Source: an uncultured delta proteobacterium (GTDB lineage: Bacteria > Myxococcota_A > Polyangia > Polyangiales > Polyangiaceae). From it: a stretch of DNA of 64,000 nucleotides. Positions 29,649-38,900 of the stretch are shown in pieces. The notes beneath the pieces were generated by a model. That model was not told where the DNA came from. It worked only from the letters and a program-made list of their open reading frames with translations, and searched no databases. The stretch is taken from assembly GCA_963716725.1 (NCBI GenBank), contig CAVQUB010000020.1:64001-128000 (forward strand), read 5' to 3'. Numbering within the stretch: position 1 is the stretch's first letter; the number at the start of each line of letters is the position of its first letter. Made by a program: the position numbers and the translations under genes.

Positions 29649-29869
29649 CTAGTGCTGCGTCCCAGAAGTAACCGTCCATGATCGAGGCGCAGCTTAGGGG
29701 ACGCAGCACTGGCAATCGGTGAAGCCGATTGACTCGGGGTGAATCGGCCGAAGGCTGAGAGGGGCCCGAGGGGCCCCTACGAAGAGATAGTGTTGGCGCT
29801 GCTAAGCAGCGCATGCGGCGGAGCCGCGCCCAGAATTCGCGTAGCGCGAATTCTGGGACAGGACACTAG
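29649..29869. mobile_element. MITE-like non-coding element with IS630-type ends and stacked hairpins
   Basis: Ends CTAGTGCTGCGTCCCAGAAG and AATTCTGGGACAGGACACTAG (imperfect IR, CTAG on both sides); seven internal palindromes; shares its right CTAG with IS copy 2. Confidence 0.72.
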
Positions 29870-29934
29870 TGCCGCGCGGCAGAAGTTTCGCTGGTTTCTT
29901 TTCCGTGTGCGTGTCGTCGGTGTAGTGGGGTGAC

Positions 29935-30420
29935 ATGATCGACTACAGCGCGTTCGCGGGTCGAGCGCACGGTGGTCGTCCGACGGTTCCGCTCGCGCTG
30001 AGGGCTGAAGAGCGCGCGCGGATCGAGGAGGCGTTGCGACCCGCCAGGGCGGAGCAGCGGCTGGTTCGTCGGGCGCAGGCCGTGTTGATGATGGCGGACG
30101 GAGTGCCTGCGACGGACATCGCCCGGCTCCTCGGGGTGCACGTGCGCACGGTGGACGACTGGCGCAAGCGCTTCGACTGCGCGGCACCTAGCGAGAGACT
30201 GGCGGACGCCCCGCGCTCGGGACGGCCGCCCTCTCTCTCGGACACCGTAGCGGCTCGAGTAGAAGCACCGACGACCTCGCGGCGAGGATCGACGCGTACG
30301 TCGCGTGGTATCCTGCAGACCGACCGACCCTTTCGCTGGTCGTACCGCCCCAAGTCGTGGGCCGAATCCAGAAAAATCCCCTCACTTTCTGCGAAGAAAG
30401 CCGCGGCTGTTTCGGAGTGA
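29935..30420 (+). pseudogene. Internally deleted IS630 transposase (HTH kept, DDE lost; 161-aa open frame)
   Basis: N-terminus identical to copy 1, fused to RPFRWSYRPKSW; all three catalytic motifs absent. Confidence 0.88.
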
Positions 30421-30437
30421 GGCCCGACCACACGGGG

Positions 30438-30932
30438 ATGGCACAGGAAGGGCGAAAGCTCGGAAGATTTGGGGATGGGACGGACGAGGTGATCGGTGCG
30501 CTGATCGAGGTGCATCGGCATCTCGGTCCAGGGCTGATGGAATCCGCATATGAGGCCTGTCTATCTGCCGAGCTGTCCGAACGACGGCTCAAGTTCGAGC
30601 GGCAGCGACCGCTACCAATCCGCTACAAAGGCGTACACCTTGACTGCGCCTATCGCCTCGACCTGGTCGTCGAAGATCGTATCCTCCTGGAGCTCAAGGC
30701 GGTCGAGCGGCTGCTCCCGATTTACGAAGCGCAGGTCATCACCTATCTGCGTCTTTCGCGGTTGCCCGTCGGCCTGCTCGTCAACTTCAACGTGACCGCG
30801 CTCAGAAATGGCCTGCGGAGGCTAACGCCTGACCACCCCAAATCCTTCCGCTCTTCCGCCCTTCCTGTGAGAGCCCAAATGAGCGCAGGTCTCAGGGGCG
30901 AATCCACTCGAACTTCGGCCGCGCGGCACTAG
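30438..30932 (+). CDS. GxxExxY protein (PD-(D/E)XK nuclease-like), intact, 164 aa
   Basis: VIGALIEVHRHLGPGLMESAYEACL, YRLDLVVEDRILLELKAVE, AQVITYL, GLLVNFN. Stop is the TAG of the right IS end. Confidence 0.92.
   Translation: MAQEGRKLGRFGDGTDEVIGALIEVHRHLGPGLMESAYEACLSAELSERRLKFERQRPLPIRYKGVHLDCAYRLDLVVEDRILLELKAVERLLPIYEAQVITYLRLSRLPVGLLVNFNVTALRNGLRRLTPDHPKSFRSSALPVRAQMSAGLRGESTRTSAARH
30442..30869. repeat. Inverted repeat pair bracketing GxxExxY, copy 2 (arms 30442-30478 and 30833-30869)
   Basis: Same arm sequences as at 4120-4156 and 4512-4548. Confidence 0.9.
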
Positions 30933-31906
30933 TTCCAGGCGCCATTCGCAGCAGGATCGGGCGCTCGGGACGAAAGCAGTTGCCGGGCTCGGGCCACGTC
31001 TTGGCCGATTTGTCCCACCAGCGCCTCCAGACCATCGAAGCGCTGCTCGTCGCGGAGCCGCTCCACGAAGTGAACCCGGAGCTGTACGCCGTAGAGATCC
31101 GCGTCGAAATCCAGCAGATGAACCTCGGTGCTCGCCCCGGCCCCCAGCGTCGGCCGGACGCCGATGTTGACCACGCCCTTGCCGAGCGCCCGCGCGCCTT
31201 CCTCCTCGATTCGGTCGACCAGGCAGGCGTAGACCCCGCCCCTCGGCGCCAACTCCTCCGACGTCTCGAGGTTCGCGGTCGGGAACCCGAGGCCTGCGCC
31301 GCGAGCGTTTCCGTGGACCACGCGTCCGCAGATCGAGTGCGGCCGACCCAAGATTTGCCCAGCAGCTCCGACGTCGCCGCTGCCCAGGGCGCCGCGCACG
31401 CGACTGCTGGAGAACGCTCCGAGGGCGTCGCCCTCGAGCTCGTGAGCACGCGCCTGAAACCCGAGCTCTTTGCCCAGCTGGCAGAGCAGCGCGATGTCGC
31501 CCTTGCGCCCGCGGCCAAAGCAGAAGTTCTGCCCCACCAGCACGGCGGCGGCGCCGAGATCGTCGAGCAGGAGGCGGTCGACGAACTCCCGGGGCTCCAG
31601 CTCGGAGAGCTCCAGGGTGAAGGGCTCGACCACCACCGTGAGCGTCGGCGACACCCGTTCCATGAGCTCGACACGACGAGCCATGGTGGTGAGCACGCTG
31701 GGCGTGCCCTTGCCGAGCACCACGCTGGGGTGCGGGTCGAAGGTCAGCACGACGGGCGCCAGCCCGAGCGACCGCGCCTCGTCCACCGCAGACGCGATCA
31801 CGGCCTGGTGACCGCGGTGCACGCCGTCAAAGTTGCCGATCACCACCAGCGTGCTCCGCGGCGGAGCGCGGAGCAGCGACGAGCGGGCGACCTGACGCAG
31901 GGACAC
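30929..31906 (-). CDS. ribF: Bifunctional riboflavin kinase/FAD synthetase
   Basis: IGNFDGVHRGHQ, TFDPHP, VGQNFCFG, SSSRVR, LGFPTANL, NIGVRPT, EVHLLDF, RLRDEQRF. Start approximate. Confidence 0.95.
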   Translation of the reverse strand: MSLRQVARSSLLRAPPRSTLVVIGNFDGVHRGHQAVIASAVDEARSLGLAPVVLTFDPHPSVVLGKGTPSVLTTMARRVELMERVSPTLTVVVEPFTLELSELEPREFVDRLLLDDLGAAAVLVGQNFCFGRGRKGDIALLCQLGKELGFQARAHELEGDALGAFSSSRVRGALGSGDVGAAGQILGRPHSICGRVVHGNARGAGLGFPTANLETSEELAPRGGVYACLVDRIEEEGARALGKGVVNIGVRPTLGAGASTEVHLLDFDADLYGVQLRVHFVERLRDEQRFDGLEALVGQIGQDVARARQLLSSRAPDPAANGAWN

Positions 31907-31986
31907 GCGCGGGGAAATAGTACAGCTTTGCGCGCTCACCAAGGCGCGCTCTTCCCCCGCGGCAGGAGGCGTGTCAAACAGGCGCG

Positions 31987-33042
31987 GTGACGCCCGATCG
32001 AGCGCTGGCCGACCTCCGCGAAGGCAAGCTCGCGCCCGTCTACCTGGTCGCGGGCGAAGAGCGACACCTGGCGCTGGACGTCGTGCGCGCGGTGCGCGAC
32101 GTTGCTCTCGCGGGCGCGACTCCTGGCTTGAACGAAGAGCAGATGGTGGCCGGCGAGGTCACGGCACGAGCCGTGCTGTCGGCCGCCCGCACCCTGCCGA
32201 TGTTCGCGAAACGGCGGCTGGTGGTCCTGCGCTCTCTCGAGCGCTGGGACGCGCACGGTGAAAAGAAGGCGAACTCCGAGGCCCTGGATCAGCTCGCCGA
32301 CTACCTGGACGACCCCTCGCCAAGCACGGTGCTGCTCCTGGTCGCGGGCAAGCTGGACAAACGCCGTAGGCTCTACACCAGCGCACAGAAGAAGGGCTTC
32401 CTGGTGGTGTGCGAGCCCCTCAAGCGCGACGCCCTCCCGGGCTGGATCACCCGGGCAGTGCGCGAACGCGGCAACACCGCCGCGGCCGGCGTTGCCGACC
32501 TGATCGCGGAGCTCGCCGGTCCCGAGCTGGGCGCAGTGGCCGACGCCGTCGAACGCGTCTGCCTCTTCGCCGGTGAGGGCGCCGAGCTGACCGAGGATCA
32601 CGTCGCCGAGTGCATTGTCCGCCTCAGACCGACCACTGTCTGGGAGCTGGTCGATGCCGTGGGGGCGCGGGACGCGGGGCGCGCCCTGTCGACACTCGCC
32701 GGTGTCTACGATCCCTCCGATCGTGGTCTGAGGCTGGTGGGTGTGCTCGCCTGGTCTGCCAGGCAGCTGCTCAAATTCGAGTCCGCCACGCGTGGCGGGG
32801 CGAGCCCGGAGGACGCCGCGAAACGCGCCGGCGCGCCGCCCTTCAAGGCCCGGGACCTCGCCAAGCAGACGCGGCAGACCTCCCGGGCCGACCTGGAGGA
32901 CTGGCTGGAAACCCTGGCAGGTCTCGATTTCGCGCTCAAGGGTGGCTCCAAGCGACAACCGCAAGCCGTGCTCGAACACGCCATCCTGGCGCTCTGCACC
33001 AAGGACCGCCCGCGGGCCGCGCCGGCGCGCCGCCCCGCTTGA
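31987..33042 (+). CDS. holA: DNA polymerase III delta subunit
   Basis: PVYLVAGEE, ARTLPMFAKRRLVV, YLDDPSPSTVL, VWELVDAV, DFALKGG. Confidence 0.88.
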   Translation: MTPDRALADLREGKLAPVYLVAGEERHLALDVVRAVRDVALAGATPGLNEEQMVAGEVTARAVLSAARTLPMFAKRRLVVLRSLERWDAHGEKKANSEALDQLADYLDDPSPSTVLLLVAGKLDKRRRLYTSAQKKGFLVVCEPLKRDALPGWITRAVRERGNTAAAGVADLIAELAGPELGAVADAVERVCLFAGEGAELTEDHVAECIVRLRPTTVWELVDAVGARDAGRALSTLAGVYDPSDRGLRLVGVLAWSARQLLKFESATRGGASPEDAAKRAGAPPFKARDLAKQTRQTSRADLEDWLETLAGLDFALKGGSKRQPQAVLEHAILALCTKDRPRAAPARRPA

Positions 33043-33127
33043 CCGATCCGGAGCCCAGCCCCATGCTCCGATTCGTTGAGCGCGGCCCTAGCGCATGATC
33101 CGCTTCCCGGGCCGCCAGACACCGCAC

Positions 33128-33823
33128 ATGACGAAGGAAAGCCGCCATTTGGAGCACTTGGCTCGCGCGCCGCTTCCGACGCGTTTCGGGACCTTCGAGC
33201 TACACGTCTATCGCTGGGACGATCCGGACGCGGATCCGAGTCTGTCGGACGAGCACCTCGCGCTGGTCATGGGCGACGTTCGAGGTCAGAGCGGCGTGGC
33301 GGTCCGCGTTCACTCCGAGTGCCTCACCAGTGAGGTGTTTGCGTCGTTGAAATGCGACTGCAAGGGCCAGCTCGAGCGCGCCCAGGCCGAGATCGCCAAA
33401 CGCGGATCCGGAGTGCTCCTCTACCTCCGCCAAGAAGGGCGCGGCATCGGCCTCGCCAACAAGATCCGCGCCTACGCGCTGCAAGCCGAGGGCGCCGACA
33501 CCATCGAGGCCAACCAGCGGCTTCACCTGCCCATTGACGCGCGAGAGTACGACGTCGCCGTGGCCATCTTGCGAGATCTCGGCGTGGAGTCGGTCGTGTT
33601 GATGACCAACAACCCGGCCAAGGTCGACGCGCTCTCGGCCCTGGGCATGACCGTCGAAGAGCGCATCCCGATGTTGGTGGCCGCCAACCCCTTCAGTCAG
33701 GCCTACCTCGAGGTGAAGAAGCGCAAGATGCAGCACGAGCTGCCGAGCGGCGTCTTCAACCAGAAGCCCGAGCCCGAGCCGACTGAAGGATCCGAGGGCC
33801 CCGATCCCGCTGCGGCGCACTGA
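33128..33823 (+). CDS. ribA: GTP cyclohydrolase II
   Basis: LPTRFGTF, VRVHSECLTSEVFASLKCDC, YLRQEGRGIGLANKIRAY, MTNNPAK. Confidence 0.95.
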   Translation: MTKESRHLEHLARAPLPTRFGTFELHVYRWDDPDADPSLSDEHLALVMGDVRGQSGVAVRVHSECLTSEVFASLKCDCKGQLERAQAEIAKRGSGVLLYLRQEGRGIGLANKIRAYALQAEGADTIEANQRLHLPIDAREYDVAVAILRDLGVESVVLMTNNPAKVDALSALGMTVEERIPMLVAANPFSQAYLEVKKRKMQHELPSGVFNQKPEPEPTEGSEGPDPAAAH

Positions 33824-33841
33824 CCCTGCAGTGCGTCGTCT

Positions 33842-34471
33842 TCAGTGCTCCGCGCCGCACTTGCCGAGCACATAGTCGGGCTGGCACTGGCAGACGCACT
33901 GGGCGTAGCGCGAGCCCGCCGCGCAGTTCGGTATCACCCACACGCTGCTCGCGCCGCTGCGCTGCGCCACCGCGGGATCTGTGACGCGCACGCTGAGGAT
34001 CCACGGGACCCCGTTCACGGGCCGCGCCCCGTAGTTCGGGCACGGCACCAGGTGGGAGAAGTCCGCGCTGCTCTGGTTGTCGGACTCGACCGCGCCGGCC
34101 TCGGCGAGGCTCGGCACGAAACGAACCTCCCGCTCGTCCGAGACCAGCGCCGTGCCGTCCTCGGGGTTCACCAGCTCGGTGGCGATCCGCACCGTTCCCG
34201 CATCGAGCCCGCGCACCCGGGCTCCGATGAACATGGCGTAGCCGCCCTGCGAGGCGAAACGCACCGCGACGGGATCCCCGTCGGACACCAGCGTGATGGG
34301 CGAGCCCTCAGCCTGAAAGAAGCCGGGCTGGACGACGACCGGGGGCCAGACCGTCGCCGCGTCGGCCTTGACGGGACCGGCTGTGCCTTCGTCGAGGGTG
34401 CGAGCGCCGCAGGCCGAACCGCCCACGCAGAGCACCACCGCCAACGTGGTTCTGACCGCGAGCGGTGGCAC
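33842..34471 (-). CDS. Hypothetical lipoprotein with Cys-rich C-terminus
   Basis: Lipobox GGSAC; SQGGY motif; CVCQC near the end; starts 1 nt after the glmU stop. Confidence 0.6.
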   Translation of the reverse strand: MPPLAVRTTLAVVLCVGGSACGARTLDEGTAGPVKADAATVWPPVVVQPGFFQAEGSPITLVSDGDPVAVRFASQGGYAMFIGARVRGLDAGTVRIATELVNPEDGTALVSDEREVRFVPSLAEAGAVESDNQSSADFSHLVPCPNYGARPVNGVPWILSVRVTDPAVAQRSGASSVWVIPNCAAGSRYAQCVCQCQPDYVLGKCGAEH

Positions 34472-34472
34472 C

Positions 34473-35879
34473 TCACTCGCCCGCCTTCTTCCGCCTGGCC
34501 GCCGCGGCCAAGCGCGCCTTGAGCCGCGGCGCATAGCCGGCCTTGTTCTCTTGGCTGATGCGGCCGATGGCCAGAGCCTCGTCGGGCACGTCCTTCGTCA
34601 CCGTGGTGCCGGTCGCCACGTACGCGTCGCGGCCGATGCGCACTGGCGCGACGATCTGGCTGTCGCTGCCGATGAACGCGCCCGGTCCGATCACGGTGAT
34701 GTGTTTCTGAAAGCCATCGTAGTTGCAGAAGATGGTTCCGGCGCCGACGTTCGCTCCCTCGCCGATTTCGCCGTCGCCGAGATAGGCCAGATGATTCGCC
34801 TTGGCCCCGCGCGCGACGCGGGTCTTCTTGGTCTCGACGAAGTTGCCGATGTGGGCGTCGGGGCCGATCTCACTCCCCGGGCGCAGGTGGGCAAAGGGGC
34901 CGATCTGGGCTCCGGAATCGACGCGGCTCTCGGTGATCACGCTGTAGGGCTTCACCGTGGCGCGCTCGCCGATCTCCGAGTCGGTGATCACGCTGCCGAC
35001 GTCCACCAGCGCGCCGGCGCCGATCTTGGATTTGCCACGGAGGATCACGCCGGCGTCGATCACCGCGTCGATACCGACCGCCACACCGGCGTCGATGCGG
35101 GCATCGCCGCGCACGGTCGCTCCCTCGAGTTGATGGCTGCGAGCGATCCGCTGAAAGAGCAGCGTCTCGGCCTGCGCAAGCTGGCTCCGATCATTGACGC
35201 CCAGCAGGTTGTCCGCGTGGCCGACGATGGCGACCGCTCCTCCGCCGACCGCCGCGAGGGCCACGGCGTCAGTCAGATAGTACTCGCCCGCGGCGTTGTC
35301 GGCGGTGATGCCCTCGAGCGCCGCGCGGAGCGCCGCGGTGCGCGCCACGTAGACTCCGGCGTTCACCTCGCGGACCGCGCGTTCAGCGTCGCTGCGCAGA
35401 TCCCGGTGCTCGCGGACCTCGAGCACCTTGCCACTGCCATCGCGCAATACGCGACCATAGCCCTGGGGCTCGTCGAGCAGAGCGCTCATCAGGCAGAGCT
35501 CGTGCTCGCCAAGGGCGCCGAGGAGCGCACGCAGATCGTCGGCGCGCACCAGCGGCGTGTCGCCGCACAGGATCATCACGCGGTCGGTCCGGACCACGCC
35601 GATCCCCGCCTTCACCGCGTCGCCCGTCCCGCGCGGCACCTCTTGCACCGCCACGCTGACCGGTGCGTGCGGTAGCTCGGCGGCGAGCACCGCGGCGACG
35701 CGATCCTTCACATCGGGACTCACCACGCAGACGACGGCCTCGGCGCCCGCGTCGAGGGCGGAACGAATTGGAAACAGGACCAAGGGCCAACCCGCGGCGC
35801 GGTGCAGCACCTTGGGCAGCGTGCTCTTCATGCGTTTGCCGAGACCGGCGGCCAGGACGATGGCGGTGAGAGCGCTCAT
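34473..35879 (-). CDS. glmU: Bifunctional UDP-GlcNAc pyrophosphorylase/glucosamine-1-P N-acetyltransferase
   Basis: IVLAAGLGKRMKS, PKVLH, GEYYLTD, GPFAHLRPG, IGNFVETK, KANHLAYLGD, CNYDG. Confidence 0.97.
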   Translation of the reverse strand: MSALTAIVLAAGLGKRMKSTLPKVLHRAAGWPLVLFPIRSALDAGAEAVVCVVSPDVKDRVAAVLAAELPHAPVSVAVQEVPRGTGDAVKAGIGVVRTDRVMILCGDTPLVRADDLRALLGALGEHELCLMSALLDEPQGYGRVLRDGSGKVLEVREHRDLRSDAERAVREVNAGVYVARTAALRAALEGITADNAAGEYYLTDAVALAAVGGGAVAIVGHADNLLGVNDRSQLAQAETLLFQRIARSHQLEGATVRGDARIDAGVAVGIDAVIDAGVILRGKSKIGAGALVDVGSVITDSEIGERATVKPYSVITESRVDSGAQIGPFAHLRPGSEIGPDAHIGNFVETKKTRVARGAKANHLAYLGDGEIGEGANVGAGTIFCNYDGFQKHITVIGPGAFIGSDSQIVAPVRIGRDAYVATGTTVTKDVPDEALAIGRISQENKAGYAPRLKARLAAAARRKKAGE

Positions 35880-35983
35880 GGCTGCGCTGATTTCGCACGG
35901 TCTGGCCCGCGGGTCACGGATGCCGCGACGCGTCACACGGCGCCACCCGCCCGGACCGCCGAGGCAGCGTAAACTAGCCGACC

Positions 35984-38900
35984 ATGCGACGCTCCTATCG
36001 GAAGACCACGCTGGTGGTCGGGGTTGCCTTGTCCCTGTCCGCCGCCTGCTCCGGGGACTTCGACGACCGGCGCAAGCTCCGGGAGCCGGTTGGCACCCTC
36101 GGCGACGACATGTACTCGGCGCTCTGCGATCGCGTCGGCGCCTCCGTGCTCACCGAGGACGTCTACGGCGCCTCCTACCGCGGGGTCTGTCACCGCGACG
36201 CGGCGGGCAAGTACCGAGATCAGGTGGACCAGAGCAAGCTGCCGGCCATCAAGGATCCGCTCAGCGGATCGGGCGTGGTTCGCACGCTGGCCATCGCCAA
36301 GGTCGAGGCGATGGGCAAGCGCCGCGTCGATCTGATCCAGGCCTTCAACGCCACCTTCAGCGACGAGCCGATGCCGGATCCATTCCATCCGGGCAAGACG
36401 GTGAAGGGCCACGTCGCGCTCCAGCGCTTCTTGCAGCGCATCGTGCCGCTCTACGAGACGAACCCGGTGAACAAGCAAGGCTCGGGATCTCGCGAAGGCC
36501 TGATGCCCAGCGTGACGCGCTCGACGGGGCGCCTCTTCGCGGCCCTCGCCGGTCCCGGCAAAGACCCCTACGCGAAGTACGGAGATCCGGCCAAGGCCAA
36601 GAAGGCCCAAGAAGCGCTGTCTCGTCTGTCGGGACGCCTGGGTTATCGCCCGCTGCGCGTGGCCCTCGGCGCCATCAAGCCCTCCATGGCCTACCCGGAG
36701 CTGCGCCAGCTCACGCAGACCCTGGCGCTGCGCTTGCGCCCGCCGAGCAAGAACGCCGCGCCGGGCACCGGCACCATGCGCGACGCGTTCCAGAACGTGC
36801 TCGGGATGGCGCAGCACGAGCTCTCGACCAGCCTCGAGGCGCCGCTGCCCATCGCCTACGCGCTCAGCGACGCGGCCAAGCTCCAACCCAATCGGCCACG
36901 CACCAACTCGGAGGTGGCGCGGGCCATCATGCTGAGCACCGATCCGGCCTTCGAGAAGCCCGGTGCGCTGCCCCACTACCTGGTGGTGCGGGACTCGCGG
37001 GGCTACGCGGTGCCCACGGGCAACCAGCCGGGCGTGGTCGGGACCGTCGGCGGCGCGTTCTACGACGGCGACGGCGACGGCTTCGCCGACGTGGACGCGC
37101 GCGGGCGCTTCCTGGGGCCTGCAGGCGTCGCGCAAATCGACACGCCCTTCTTCGTGCCCGGCCTGCCGCGGGTGCTGCCGCCCGATGCCTTCGGACGCGC
37201 CGTCGATCCTTCGGGCACGCCCCTCTTTGCCTACCTCGACACGAGCCAGACCTTCGTCGGCTCGACCACGCGCGATCTCGAGCCGCTGCTCAATCCCGAT
37301 CCCGTCGCCGAGAGCGAGGCCCTCGCCGATCTCTTGAGCGGCGCCTACGCGCTCTACGGCGATCCGATCCAGAACAAGGCCGACTGGGGCGTCGGCGGCG
37401 TCTACCCGACCTTCGACACCGCGCAGTCGCCCCTCGCCGATCTGACCCACGCGACGGGCTGGATGTTCGCCCACAAGAACAGCGACGTGCACCTGAAGAT
37501 GGTCGGCAAGCTGTTCAAGGATCACGAACAGACCATGGCTCGACTGATCGGCGCCTCACTGAAGATCCGAGAAGTCAGCAACGCCCACCCCGAGGCCAAG
37601 TTCGATCCGACGGTCACGATCTGGGACGAGCTCCAGGAGATCATCGTCAAGACCGCCAAGGATCCGAAGCTGTTCAAGGACGTGCTCCGGGCGCTGGCGC
37701 ACCCTGACACCCAGGCCTACCTGGGCAAGGCCTACAGCAACTACGCCAAGTACAAGGACGCCCTCTACTACAACACCAACGACATCAACGGCGCGCTGGT
37801 GAACCTGACGGATCCCACCAACCCCGAACCCCACGTGCCGCCGGACACCACGCAGCCGGACGCCGGGGACAACCGCAGCAACCTGCACCGCATCTTCCAG
37901 CTCATCCACGACGTGAACGGCGTGAACGCCTGCAACAGGCCCGGCGCGAAGGTCCGAATCCAGGTGCTCGGGCTGAACATCTCGTGGCCCCTGATCGGCT
38001 CGTACGAGGAGTGCGAGCTCTTCGACTTCCAGAACATGGGCCTGTTCTACCTGGACTCGATCTTGGGCAAGGCCAAGCTGAACGTGAAGTCAGACGTGCT
38101 CAACTCCCTGATGAACGCGGCGAAGGTCTTCTCGGATCCGAACCAGATGTTCGAAGAGTCGAGCGGCATCGACGGCATGACCCTGACCCCGGAGCCCCGG
38201 GGCCTGAACCGCCTGGTGTTCTTCGGCGCGCAGACCGCCAAGTTCGATGCGCTCTTTGGCGGCACCATGCCCGACCGCGACCCGAACTTCAGCGGCAAGA
38301 ACAAGGTCACCAACGACTTCGTCGCGGCGACCATCGATCCGGTCTCCACCTCGGTCTGCCCCGAGCGTCTGGTCACGAACCCCAAGGGCCAGCCCCCGCA
38401 GCTTTGGCTCTCGGATTGCTCGCTGCCGGGCGGCATGCCGAGCGACGTGCTCAGGATCCGCGGCAAGGGCACCATCTTCCTCTGGGAGAAGTACGAGTTC
38501 TACAAGGCCATGAAGCCGCTGCTCGCGGCCTTCGCCAACAACGGCGCCGGCCAGACCTTCCTCGACAGCGTCGAGACCTTGTACCGCCACTGGCCCACCG
38601 AGCAGCACGGCCCAGAGTGCAACGCGAACATCCCCGCGGGCCTCGGCTTCGCGGATCGCCCCTGGCAGAAGTTTCTGACCCAGTCGGACGCCCAATCGCA
38701 CAAGGTGAACCCGGCCTACAACGCCAAGTGGTGCAATCCGAGCGGCGGCACGCGCTACGAGCCGGTCCTGGCCGAGGCCTTCGCCGGCGACATCATCCCG
38801 GCCTTGGGCGAGCTGATCAAAGCCCTCGACGACCCGAACTTCGTCAAGGACGAGCGCAACGGCGGCGTCGCCAAGAGCGGGCTCGACGTGCTGCACGAGA

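Larger units (their letters stand above)
29866..30932 (+). mobile_element. IS630 element, copy 2, non-autonomous (667-bp internal deletion) with intact GxxExxY cassette
   Basis: Same terminal IRs and CTAG ends as copy 1. Junction 30267/30268 corresponds to loss of copy-1 3280-3946. Confidence 0.93.
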
